Shown here: positions 54,886 through 64,000 of the stretch, piece after piece
How the letters are laid out: each line of letters begins with the position of its first letter
Position numbering within the stretch: the first letter of the stretch is position 1
Source of the DNA: Candidatus Binatia bacterium
GTDB lineage: Bacteria > Desulfobacterota > Binatia > UBA9968 > JAJDTQ01
Direction of reading: 5' to 3'
Assembly (NCBI GenBank): GCA_963422385.1
Contig: OY729432.1
Span: forward strand, 1,989,136-2,053,135
Length of the DNA: 64,000 nt
The notes under the pieces: model-generated
Seen by the model: the letters and a program-made list of their open reading frames with translations, nothing else
What the model was told of the DNA's origin: nothing
The model's database searches: none
Program-made: the position numbers and the translations under genes

Positions 54886-55671
54886 ATGCGTATCGTTTTG
54901 ATCAATCTTGATCGGGCTTCTGAGCGACGGGCGCGCATGGCTCGGAAGTTTGCCGCAGTCGGCCTTGCCTATGAGATCAGGAAGGCCATGGACGGGCGGT
55001 TGTTGTCGGCGGACGATCTTGCCCATGTTGATTGGGCGAGCCAGCGGCATTTCGGTATCCCTCCGCCGACCGATGGCGCCATCGCCCTTTGGTTGACGCA
55101 GCGTGCACTGTTGCAGGACCTTGTGGAGAACGGTCCTGAAATGATGGCGATTTTCGAGGACGATGCGTTGCTTGAGCCGGGGCTTCCCGACGTCTTGAAG
55201 GCATTGGAGCGGAAACCGTTCAGCTTCGACATTGTCGCATTGAACAGGAGACATCCCAAAAGGCGCTTCTTTCCTTGCATCTCGCTGACGGACCGGCATA
55301 CGGTCGGAAGAGTACGGTTCTCGGACAGTGGGGGAGAGGGCTACGTCATCACGCGGAGCGCCGCCAAGCGCTTTCTGGAGGCCACACCGAGGATGATCTG
55401 GCCGGTTGACCACGCGGTCTTGCGTTTCTGGATCAATGGGCTCAACGTGTTCTACGTCGAGCCGCCGGTGGTCCGCCATGCCGGATACGAGGGTTCCCTG
55501 ATCGAAGGCAATCCGGTTTCCAGCCGCCTGCGAGCGGAGACGAACCACTCCCTCGGTTTTTGGCGGCGAACTCTGACGACCGTTTCGCGTGGTGTGCAAA
55601 AGTATATTGCGTTCCGCAGACTTCTGCATGGCGATCGGCACAACGGGGCGCTGCCGCTTATCCGACCCTGA
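54886..55671 (+). CDS. Glycosyltransferase family 25
   Basis: INLDRASERR, AMDG, IFEDDA, GYVITRSAAKRF, PVD. Confidence 0.9.
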   Translation: MRIVLINLDRASERRARMARKFAAVGLAYEIRKAMDGRLLSADDLAHVDWASQRHFGIPPPTDGAIALWLTQRALLQDLVENGPEMMAIFEDDALLEPGLPDVLKALERKPFSFDIVALNRRHPKRRFFPCISLTDRHTVGRVRFSDSGGEGYVITRSAAKRFLEATPRMIWPVDHAVLRFWINGLNVFYVEPPVVRHAGYEGSLIEGNPVSSRLRAETNHSLGFWRRTLTTVSRGVQKYIAFRRLLHGDRHNGALPLIRP

Positions 55672-55736
55672 CGACTCTTCGCGCATACGCCTGACGGGAA
55701 TCAGACACTTGGCGACAGGAGGAAGCTGGCCATCCC

Positions 55737-56477
55737 ATGAGAAGAAAGATCCGTAAGGGAATCGAACGGACAGGGTGGTACAGAGCCTTCCGGAGAAGGA
55801 TCGCGCTCCGCAGATTGGAACGGTGCCGGCCTGGATCGGCGACATGGTTCGTCGAGACCGAGATCAAGTACGGCGGCTTCATTGAAAACGTACTGATGAA
55901 GCGTTCAAGTGCCTATGACACCGGCGATCCCGAGCGCCACAGGCTGCTGCAGGGGGGCGATCGGATGGGGATGAGAGCACACGGGTACGCGGCCAAGTAT
56001 TCCCAGTACGTTGCACCTTATTTGACGACGCGGGCTCCGCTTGTGGTAGTGGAAGTCGGGATTCTGACGGGTATCGGGCTGGCGTTATGGTCCGATCTTT
56101 TTCCGAAGGCCCGAATCATAGGACTCGACATTGACCTGAGTCATATACGAGATAACATCGCCAACCTCAAGCAGATGGGCGCTTTTCGAGAACGAGAACC
56201 GGAACTCTACCAGTTCGATCAATTCGAACCGAATCGATGTTTTCTGGCAGATATTCTCGAAGGCGATAGAATTCACGTCGTTGTCGATGATGCCGATCAT
56301 AGTTCCGACGCGATTTTGAAGACCATGGAGAGTGTGGCGCCTCATCTCAGTGAGCAGTTCGTGTATTTCATCGAGGACAATCGCTTGGTCGACATCGACA
56401 TCCGCTTCCTTTATCCGTCGTACAAGGTGGAGAAATCGGATGAGTTGACGATCGTTACGCACGGAGTTTCCGACTGA
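55737..56477 (+). CDS. Class I SAM-dependent methyltransferase-like protein
   Basis: VEVGILTG, IIGLDID, VVDDADH, YFIED. Confidence 0.75.
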   Translation: MRRKIRKGIERTGWYRAFRRRIALRRLERCRPGSATWFVETEIKYGGFIENVLMKRSSAYDTGDPERHRLLQGGDRMGMRAHGYAAKYSQYVAPYLTTRAPLVVVEVGILTGIGLALWSDLFPKARIIGLDIDLSHIRDNIANLKQMGAFREREPELYQFDQFEPNRCFLADILEGDRIHVVVDDADHSSDAILKTMESVAPHLSEQFVYFIEDNRLVDIDIRFLYPSYKVEKSDELTIVTHGVSD

Positions 56478-56547
56478 GTGGTTGTCGACGAACGAAAAGT
56501 CCGCCGGTACGGCTTGAACGCCTGAATCGCCTTCCAGGGACCCTCGC

Positions 56548-57786
56548 GTGCATATCGCTCTTGTCATTCCGGACCTTGTCGGCGGCGGCGCCGAACGGTC
56601 GGTGCTCATCCTGGCCCAGGGGTTGCTCGACCGTGGCCACAAGGTTGATGTGGTTCTGTTCCGAACCCGAGTTGATTACCCGGTTTCCGAAGGTGCGCGG
56701 CTGTTCGTGATGGATCGCAGGCTGGACGGACTCGCGGCAGATGGCGCCGCGGAGGCTCCTGCCCGCCGGGTCCACCTCCCCGCGCCTTTCAGTCCGTTGG
56801 ATTGGGCGCGCATGGCGTACGCCGTCCGTTGGAATCCGCTTTGCCTGCCCGCGCGGCGCCACGTCCGCCAGGCTCGCGCCCTCGCAGGCTACATGGAGCG
56901 TGAGAAGCCGGATTGTGTATTGCCGAACCTTGCCAGCGCGAGCATTGCGACACTCTGGGCAGCGGGTCTCCTTGCCGTACCCCCGCCGATCATACCCATC
57001 TTTCGCGATATCGTTCGATACGGGACATCCCGCCGCCGCGACCTGCGCCGAAGCCGGCGTCTGTTCACCGGCGCCGCTCGTTTCGTGGGCGTGTCTCAGG
57101 GGGTCTCCGCAAGTTTGGCGGCGACCATGGGAATGTCGGACGATAGCATCACGACCATCTACAATCCGGTGGTAAGCCCCGACCTTCAAGTCAGGATGGC
57201 GGAGCCTCCGGACCACCCCTGGCTCCTGGACGGAGAAGAGCCCGTCATTCTCGCGGCGGGACGCCTGTCGTATCAGAAGGACTATTCCACCCTCATCAAG
57301 GCCTTTGCCCGACTCGTTGCGCGGCGTTCGTGCCGCCTGATCATCCTTGGCGAGGGACGCCGCCGGAAGGTGCTTGAAAGACTTGTCGAGGATCTGCGCC
57401 TCAACGATCGGGTGTCGTTGCCGGGATGGGTCGAAAATCCTTTCGCATTCATGTCCCGCGCGTCCCTCTTCGTATTGTCGTCAAGACACGAGGGACTGCC
57501 CGGGGTTCTGATTCAGGCACTCGCGTGCGGTTGTCCGTGCGTGAGCACCGATTGTCCGTCGGGTCCCGCGGAAGTGCTTCAGGACGGTCGAGTGGGGCCA
57601 CTTGTTGTGGTCGGGGACGAGGCGGCGTTGGCGGAGGCGATGGCTCGTACCCTTGATCAACCGCCCGACGGTCGGGAGTTGAAGCAGCGGGCCGCGTATT
57701 TCTCCGTGGACCGTGCCGCTGCCGCCTACGAGGACCTGCTGTCCACCGTTGTGCCGTCACGCCTGACCGGACGGTCGGTGAAATGA
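56548..57786 (+). CDS. Glycosyltransferase family 4
   Basis: GGGAERSV, IYNP, AGRLSYQKD, SRHEGLPGVLIQALACG, TDCPSGPAE. Confidence 0.93.
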   Translation: MHIALVIPDLVGGGAERSVLILAQGLLDRGHKVDVVLFRTRVDYPVSEGARLFVMDRRLDGLAADGAAEAPARRVHLPAPFSPLDWARMAYAVRWNPLCLPARRHVRQARALAGYMEREKPDCVLPNLASASIATLWAAGLLAVPPPIIPIFRDIVRYGTSRRRDLRRSRRLFTGAARFVGVSQGVSASLAATMGMSDDSITTIYNPVVSPDLQVRMAEPPDHPWLLDGEEPVILAAGRLSYQKDYSTLIKAFARLVARRSCRLIILGEGRRRKVLERLVEDLRLNDRVSLPGWVENPFAFMSRASLFVLSSRHEGLPGVLIQALACGCPCVSTDCPSGPAEVLQDGRVGPLVVVGDEAALAEAMARTLDQPPDGRELKQRAAYFSVDRAAAAYEDLLSTVVPSRLTGRSVK

Positions 57787-57947
57787 AGGCCGGCAACCTC
57801 CACGTCCGAAGACCACGGCGTCGCGATGGCATCCCGCGATCGTCGAGTGCTCCCCTTGCGGAAACGCCCTAACGGGGTGTCTACCTGGCCATGGAAAAGG
57901 CGCTTGGCTATCGGGAGTGTATTCCAATACGGAAGTGAGCGTGAAGC

Positions 57948-58844
57948 ATGCTTGACCTCCCCTGGACTTTCCTCAGGAAAGTTCGGCGAACCCGAAGAGA
58001 GAGAAAAAGACTTTCGGAGATAAACAGGATCGGATGCCATGCAGCATCTCTCAGGACCGCGAACCCGGAGCGTTTGCGCGAAGTCTTTTCTTCGTACGAA
58101 ACAGATTCGCTGTGGAACTCGGCCATCCGGAAGTTGACCCTTTGCCATATTCCGGATGGATCGGGTGGCGTCAATCCTGGAGACCGAAGGGCGCTCTTTT
58201 ATCTGATCTGCGCCTTCAAGCCCCGGTCCATTCTGGAAATCGGAACGCACATCGGCGCGTCAACGGTGCATCTAGCCATGGCGCTTCACATGAACCGGAC
58301 GTTCGGTCATGGCGGGGATCCCGGCGGGCTTGCCACCACTCCAACCCGTGCCTCAATGGCCGAAAGACCCGGGCTGGTATCCGTGGACGTGGCGGATGTC
58401 AATGATGCCGTTTCGAAACCGTGGCTGAAACATGGAACGAAACACTCTCCCGTCGAGATGGCAAGACGGATGGGTACCGGGCATCTCGTCGAGTTCGTCG
58501 TTGATCATTCACTCGATTATCTGAAAAAGTCCCACGACAGGTTCGATTTCATTTTTCTCGACGGTGATCATGGCGCGGAGACGGTGTATCAGGAAATACC
58601 CAGTGCCCTTGGTGCGCTGGACCAAGGCGGCGTCATTCTGTTGCACGACTATTTTCCCGGCTTGCGACCGCTGTGGATGGACGGCTCGGTAGTTTCGGGT
58701 CCCTTTCTCGCCATCGAGCGCCTCAGGAACGAAGGCGCCGACTTCATCGTTTACCCTCTGGGCAAACTGCCTTGGCCAACGAAGTTGCGGTCGAACGTCA
58801 CGAGCCTGGCTCTTCTCGTAAAACCGGAGGGGCGAGGAGTGTGA
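57948..58844 (+). CDS. Class I SAM-dependent methyltransferase (Methyltransf_24-like)
   Basis: ILEIGTHIGAST, FDFIFLDGDH, GGVILLHDY. Confidence 0.88.
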   Translation: MLDLPWTFLRKVRRTRRERKRLSEINRIGCHAASLRTANPERLREVFSSYETDSLWNSAIRKLTLCHIPDGSGGVNPGDRRALFYLICAFKPRSILEIGTHIGASTVHLAMALHMNRTFGHGGDPGGLATTPTRASMAERPGLVSVDVADVNDAVSKPWLKHGTKHSPVEMARRMGTGHLVEFVVDHSLDYLKKSHDRFDFIFLDGDHGAETVYQEIPSALGALDQGGVILLHDYFPGLRPLWMDGSVVSGPFLAIERLRNEGADFIVYPLGKLPWPTKLRSNVTSLALLVKPEGRGV

Positions 58845-58877
58845 GGCGGTCCTTTGAGACGGGACGGCCGTGGCCCG

Positions 58878-60800
58878 CTACCGGTGCGTTTCGCACCACG
58901 CCGCCAGCGCAAGCACGCGAAAGTCCCGTCGCCGGAATTTTCCATGCCGCAGGCGAAGGGATGCGGAGCGTGCCGCGCCGGGTTTCATGAGTCCGTGTTT
59001 GGAAACGGTTTCGTTGTTCAACAGATCTGCCGCCCATTCCCGGAGCGGCCCTTTCAGCCACGAGTCCAGGGGGCCTCCGAAACCCTGTTTCGGTCTTTCG
59101 AACAGGCGTTCAGGAACGCGGCGGCCCAGCACCTTCCTGAGTATGCGTTTGGTGCCCAGGGACCCCGCCTTCATCGCCGGGGGCAGACGGTAGCTGAATT
59201 CCACGACTCGATGGTCGAGAATCGGCACCCGGACTTCCAGGGAAACGGCCATGCTTGCCCGGTCAACCTTTGTCAGTATGTTGTCCGGAAGATAACCCGA
59301 CATATCAACGTATTGTTGTCGTTCTGCCGCGGACAGGAACTCACTCTGCTCAAGGCAGCGGTTCACCATGTTGGCCGTAAGTCCCGTCCCGGCAGCTTTT
59401 CTGCCGCCGTGTGTCAGGTAGTGGTGGATCAAGGCGGGATCATGAATTCCGTCTGCCAATATGCCCAGTTCTTTTCCCGAGTAGTCCCCCCGCGAGTCCG
59501 AGTCCATTCCCGGAATCCTCCAGACCCTGGGCCTCAGACGCCGTGGCGTCATCCGGATGGACTTGCTGAACAATGCTTTTGCGAGTGGACTGTATCCCAG
59601 TGCCGGATGCTTCAGCAATCTGTCCGCTGACACGTGCCGGTCGTAGCCGCCAAAGACTTCGTCGCCGCCGTCTCCCGAAAGCGCCACGGTCACCCGAGTT
59701 CGCGCCAACCGCGATAACAGCAGCGTTGGAAGGCGGGATGGGTCGGCGAACGGTTCGTCGTGATGCCCCATGACTGCCGGGCCGTGCTTCTGTATCTCCT
59801 TGGGGTCGATGTAGTGTTCGCAATGATCCGTGCCCAGATGTTCCGCGATGGCCTTGGCGTAGGGCGCTTCATCGAAGGCGCCTTCCGAAAACCCGATGGA
59901 AAAGGTCTGCACCGGCCTGCTTGCCTGCTGCTGCATGAGCGCGACGACGGTGGACGAATCGATACCGCCGGAGAAGAACGCGCCGAGGGGAACGTCAGCA
60001 ACCATGCGGCGCCCGACGGCATCGGCGAGCAGGCAGTCCAACTCTTCCGTCGCATCCTCGAAAGTGCCGGTGTACCGATCGGCATGGCCCTTGCGCGCGG
60101 CCTCCTGCAACGTCCAGTACGGCGTGTGCCGTATCCGTCCCGGAAACGCGTTGTCCACTCGAAGAATGGCGCCCGGTTCAAGCTTCCTGGCCTCGCGGTA
60201 GATGCAGAACGGCGCCGGAATGTAGTCAAGGGCCAGAAACGCTTCGACGGCATCGCGGTCGACCGAGAAAGTGAACTCGGGATGAGCCCGCAACCCCGTG
60301 AGCTCTGACGCGAAAAAGAAATGTCGCGTGTTTGCACTGTAATACAAGGGTTTGATGCCAATGCGATCGCGGACGAGGAACAGGCTTCGATCCGTGCGGT
60401 CCCATACGGCGAAGGCAAACATGCCGATGAGGCGTTCGACGGTCCGCTGGACGCCCCAGGCCGCACAGGCTTCCAGAACGACTTCCGTATCGGAATGGCC
60501 CCGGAACCGTGTGCCCCGGCTTTGAAGCTCGGACCGGAGTTCGCCGCTGTTGTAGATCTCGCCGTTGTAGGAGATCACCCATTGTCCAGAGACGGAGACC
60601 ATCGGTTGCGCTCCGGCCGGTGAGACATCGACGACGGATAGTCTTCTGTGACCGATACCCACACCCGCATCGGCATCGACCCATACGTCCCCGGCGTCCG
60701 GCCCCCGATGCTCAAGGGGAGCAATCATCTTCCACGTGTTTTCCTCAAGTGGCGTCGTGGAACGTGGGCTCCACTCGATGAATCCGGCGATGCCGCACAT
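58878..60800 (-). CDS. asnB: Asparagine synthase (glutamine-hydrolysing)-family amidotransferase
   Basis: MCGIAG, HRGPD, GHRRLS, YNGEIYN, RDRIGIKPL, SGGIDSS, SGDGGDE, KVDRASMAVSLEVRVP. Confidence 0.94.
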   Translation of the reverse strand: MCGIAGFIEWSPRSTTPLEENTWKMIAPLEHRGPDAGDVWVDADAGVGIGHRRLSVVDVSPAGAQPMVSVSGQWVISYNGEIYNSGELRSELQSRGTRFRGHSDTEVVLEACAAWGVQRTVERLIGMFAFAVWDRTDRSLFLVRDRIGIKPLYYSANTRHFFFASELTGLRAHPEFTFSVDRDAVEAFLALDYIPAPFCIYREARKLEPGAILRVDNAFPGRIRHTPYWTLQEAARKGHADRYTGTFEDATEELDCLLADAVGRRMVADVPLGAFFSGGIDSSTVVALMQQQASRPVQTFSIGFSEGAFDEAPYAKAIAEHLGTDHCEHYIDPKEIQKHGPAVMGHHDEPFADPSRLPTLLLSRLARTRVTVALSGDGGDEVFGGYDRHVSADRLLKHPALGYSPLAKALFSKSIRMTPRRLRPRVWRIPGMDSDSRGDYSGKELGILADGIHDPALIHHYLTHGGRKAAGTGLTANMVNRCLEQSEFLSAAERQQYVDMSGYLPDNILTKVDRASMAVSLEVRVPILDHRVVEFSYRLPPAMKAGSLGTKRILRKVLGRRVPERLFERPKQGFGGPLDSWLKGPLREWAADLLNNETVSKHGLMKPGAARSASLRLRHGKFRRRDFRVLALAAWCETHR

Positions 60801-61303
60801 TACAGATATCCCTCAACAACAGGAAGGTGAACGCGATAAAGGGTCAGGCAACTCCAGAACACTGAAATATCTGCCTGACATGTAACATGTCTGCCGCGTC
60901 GACCACAGTAGACGGTTCCGAAATCTGGTCCAGGGCTGCGTTGAGCTGCGCAAACAACGGAATGCCAGAGAACCTGTGGCCGCGTTCGAAGGGCTTGGCC
61001 GGCTCCTTGCCTCGACTATCCTCCACCCAACTCGTTTCCCGATGCTGTCGGATCGACGGTGTGGGTCACGCTGGTGGACAACATGAGTGCCGTTTGCCAT
61101 CATACCAGAGGATGAGCACCCCCGATCAGTCGCCGGTTGGAACTGGAGAGCGTCCTGACATCTCTTCCCTGAGTGGCCGGTTGCCGCGTGCGACACGCCA
61201 AAAACGCGGATGATCTTGTGCCATCCCGCGCACACCCGCCGTGTGAGCAGCCAGCTAGCTGCCGAAGAGATGGACTCGAACGTTCGGGTCACTGAGGAGA
61301 CCC

Positions 61304-62581
61304 ATGCACATCACTTTGGTCCTCCCGAATCTCAAGGGTGGCGGTGCGGAACGGGTGGTGCTCAATCTGGCTCAAGGTCTGATCGACCGTGGGCACCGTC
61401 TCGATATCGTGTTGATCCGACCTCTGTTTCACTACGTCAAGGAAATTCCCGTGAACGCACGGCTCTTCGCCGTGGACGGCATCCCGGCCCGTTTCTCGAA
61501 AGAGGACGGCGCTCCTCCGTTCGTCCGGCTGTCACACCTGCCCGCGTCTTCAAGGGGCTTCAACTGGTTGCACGTCGCGCGCGCCTTCGGCCGGGATCTC
61601 TTTCATTGCCGGCCTGATCTCAAGTTGCTGCACAGGGCTCGTGCCATCGCATCCTATATGGCGCGCGAAAGGCCTGATTGTGTTCTGCCGAGTCTTCCTC
61701 GCGCGAAGGTAGCGACTCTCCTGGCTGGTTGTTTCCTTCCCGAACAACCGCCCATCATACCCATTGTCCACAGCAACTATGAACGTAGGCGCACCCGAGA
61801 CCGGTACCGATTGCGGCGTCTGGTGGGGTGCGCGGCGCACTTTGTCGGTGTATCTCAAGGCACCTCTGAACGTTTGGCCGCCGTGGTCGGGGCGCCGAAT
61901 GGCGGCATCACGACCATATACAACCCGGTGGTTACGCGGACGCTTCAAAACGGAATGACGGAGCGTCCGCTGCATCCTTGGCTCCTGGACGGCGGTGCGC
62001 CGGTGGTCCTGGCGGTCGGTCGGTTGGAAAGGCCCAAGGATTTTCCGACCCTCCTCAAAGCCTTTGCCCGACTTGCGTTGCGCCGGCCGTGCCGTTTGAT
62101 CATTCTTGGCGAAGGGAAGGAGAGGAAGAAGCTCCAAGGACTCGTTCAGAAGCTCAAGCTCGATGATCGCGTCTCTCTCCCTGGTTGGGTGGACAATCCA
62201 TTTGCGTACATGTCCCGCGCCGCTTTGTTCGTGCTGTCCTCGATACACGAAGGTTTTTCGATGGTCCTGGTGGAGGCGTTGGCTTGCGGCTGTCCCTGCG
62301 TCAGCACGGATTGCCCGGCCGGCCCTGTGGAAATACTTCAGGACGGCAAGTTCGGACCGCTGGTTGCGGTCGGCGACGAAGTAGGATTGGCCGAGACCAT
62401 GGACCGCGTCCTCGATCGGCCGCCGGACAAACGGATGTTGCAGCGACGGGCAGCGGACTTCTCGGTGGACACGGCAGCCTCGGCTTACGAAGGGCTGATC
62501 CAGACTATTGTGTCCAGCGGTGAGTGCCGGCCCAGGCCGTCGGCGCGTAAGGGTGCGGGTCGAGCAGCAGATAGCCGGTAA
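61304..62581 (+). CDS. Glycosyltransferase family 4 (paralogue of 56548-57786)
   Basis: GGGAERVV, IYNPVV, VGRLERPKD, HEGFSMVLVEALACG. Confidence 0.93.
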   Translation: MHITLVLPNLKGGGAERVVLNLAQGLIDRGHRLDIVLIRPLFHYVKEIPVNARLFAVDGIPARFSKEDGAPPFVRLSHLPASSRGFNWLHVARAFGRDLFHCRPDLKLLHRARAIASYMARERPDCVLPSLPRAKVATLLAGCFLPEQPPIIPIVHSNYERRRTRDRYRLRRLVGCAAHFVGVSQGTSERLAAVVGAPNGGITTIYNPVVTRTLQNGMTERPLHPWLLDGGAPVVLAVGRLERPKDFPTLLKAFARLALRRPCRLIILGEGKERKKLQGLVQKLKLDDRVSLPGWVDNPFAYMSRAALFVLSSIHEGFSMVLVEALACGCPCVSTDCPAGPVEILQDGKFGPLVAVGDEVGLAETMDRVLDRPPDKRMLQRRAADFSVDTAASAYEGLIQTIVSSGECRPRPSARKGAGRAADSR

Positions 62582-63471
62582 TGTCCGACTTCATTGATAC
62601 GGCCTCGGGGTTGTTCCATCGCTTTGCCGCAAGCGGAGTTCTGCCGGCCTCGTGGTTGCGGGACGTGGACCCTGCCAGCGTGGTGAGAGCCAGGCGCACC
62701 GGAAGGCTCTCCCTCGAGATCGTCACCCATTGCTGGCGGTACGGCCACTTCCTGACTTACCAACTCAGCTCCCTCGTAAACCATCGCACCGAGAAGCTCG
62801 ACGTGACCATGACCGTGTACCATGCGCCCGACGACGAATCGGTCGTGCGCGTGCTGCGGTTCTTCGATGGCATTGACGTTCCCGGCGTCTCGTGGTGTTG
62901 GCGGCCGCTGCCCCGAGAGCGGCTTTTCCGCCGCAGCATCGGCCGCAACCTTGCCGCCCAGGTGACTCCGGCCGACTGGATCTGGTTCGCCGACGCCGAC
63001 ATCGTGTTCCACGAGGGCTGCCTCGACACGCTGGCGGAGGTGTTGCAGGGACGGGACGACGTGCTGGTGCATCCCGGAACGATCCTGGGCACGTCCTTGC
63101 TGCCGGAGGACCATGAGATCCTGAGGCAAGGCCGCGCCGCCCCCGCCGTCCGCGAGATCCCGATCGAAGAGTTCCGTCCCTACAACGGAAACCACGCCAA
63201 GGCCAAGGGATCCTTTCAGATCACCCACGGCGACGTGGCGCGAGCCTTTGGTTACTGCAGGTCCATCGGCCTTTATCAGCGGCCCGCGCCGCGCTGGCGC
63301 AAGACCTACGAGGACCGGGCGTTCCGATGGCTCTTGGGCACGAACGGCACACCCATCGACATTCCGGGCGTCTGCCAGATCCGCCATGCCGCCAAGGGAC
63401 GGTACAGGAAGGACTCGGTGACCGGAAGGGTGCGCTCCTTCATACGGAGAAGCCGGGACCGGCGTGGGTGA
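62581..63471 (+). CDS. GT-A fold (family 2-like) glycosyltransferase
   Basis: RSIGRNLAA, DWIWFADADIVF, EDRAF. Confidence 0.82.
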   Translation: MSDFIDTASGLFHRFAASGVLPASWLRDVDPASVVRARRTGRLSLEIVTHCWRYGHFLTYQLSSLVNHRTEKLDVTMTVYHAPDDESVVRVLRFFDGIDVPGVSWCWRPLPRERLFRRSIGRNLAAQVTPADWIWFADADIVFHEGCLDTLAEVLQGRDDVLVHPGTILGTSLLPEDHEILRQGRAAPAVREIPIEEFRPYNGNHAKAKGSFQITHGDVARAFGYCRSIGLYQRPAPRWRKTYEDRAFRWLLGTNGTPIDIPGVCQIRHAAKGRYRKDSVTGRVRSFIRRSRDRRG

Positions 63472-63489
63472 GGCCGTTTGATGTGGCGT

Positions 63490-63728
63490 GCCGGGCGTTG
63501 GTCATGAGTGCCCGGCCGATGGCGAGCATCTGCTGCTCGCCCCCGACAGGTTGCGGCCGTTCGAGTTCTTGCGCGACTCCGCCATGGCCACATTGTCCTC
63601 CGCGGCAAGTCCACCGAACACGGACGTGATCTGAAACGAGCGCGCCAGACCGAGACGGGCGCGCTCATCGACCGGTTTGCGGATGATGTCCCGGCCGCCG
63701 ATGTGAATGGCGCTCTGGTTCGCGCGGC
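63490..63728 (-). pseudogene. Fused LivG/LivF branched-chain ABC ATPase fragments
   Basis: Manual translation: GRDIIRKPVDERARLGLARSFQITSVF...DNVAMA (LivG-like) joined to NGRNLSG/EQQMLAIGRALMTN (LivF-like, 1-nt frameshift). Confidence 0.72.
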
Positions 63729-63729
63729 C

Positions 63730-64000
63730 TTGCCGGACGGCTTGCCGTGGTCACTGTGCGTCATGCGCTTGGCCGGCTTGCGAAGGCTCCGGGCGCCGTC
63801 TTCCATCCACCGTTCGCCCAACTTGATCTCGAACGCCGCCCAGCGACCATCAGCCGCCTCCACGACGGCGTCCACTTCAGCGCGGGGCTTTTGTCGCCAA
63901 ACTCGGCGGTCAACTTCGACATGGTCGCAGGGGTGGCCACGTTGCGAGCCAGCGACCGTAGGAGATGCCCCACCTTGTTGGGATCCCGCGACTTCCCGCT
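63730..64000 (-). pseudogene. DUF4143 ATPase C-terminal remnant
   Basis: LLRSLARNVATPA joined out of frame to EVDAVVEAADGRWAAFEIKLG; continues beyond window. Confidence 0.72.

Noticed and set aside
58878-60800. asnB as a lasso-peptide cyclase
   Set aside because: It has an intact N-terminal Cys glutaminase domain; no precursor, B1/B2 or exporter genes are nearby; the context is glycosyltransferases.
253-63387. Many long antisense or alternate-frame ORFs (e.g. 1243-2967, 6171-7967, 18743-20515, 45260-47434)
   Set aside because: They are shadows of real genes caused by high GC3 bias and carry no family motifs.
1-64000. CRISPR array, tRNA/rRNA, integrase or intact prophage
   Set aside because: No regularly spaced direct repeats, canonical tRNA arms, recombinase motifs or phage gene runs were seen by eye.

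Overview
This is a GC-rich bacterial chromosomal window. Gene content (rnj-ftsK-lolA, NMT1-type binding proteins, SDRs, an LLM oxidoreductase, TTT/TAXI transporters) suggests a diderm, Deltaproteobacteria/Binatia-like heterotroph; this taxonomy is inference only. It holds a housekeeping block (hemH, plsC-rnj-ftsK-lolA, dksA, proC, xth, dacB), many catabolic and transport genes, and a glycosylation locus at 54.9-63.5 kb. The strongest signal is a recoded gene at 30526-31812(-). It is a GrdB-family reductase component B selenoprotein read through an in-frame TGA, with a SECIS-like hairpin 11 nt downstream and an atypical U-G-T-S-T-R-S motif. Its GrdE-like partner lacks the pyruvoyl-forming Cys, a DUF255 thioredoxin-domain gene lies upstream, and grdA/C/D are absent from the window. 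Several regions are collapsed mosaics of defence, IS, phage and transporter gene fragments. There are also CTAG-anchored mini-elements, GTAG/CGTC REP-like repeats and a candidate structured RNA leader. No tRNA, rRNA or CRISPR array was seen. All family calls come from motif recognition by eye, not database searches.
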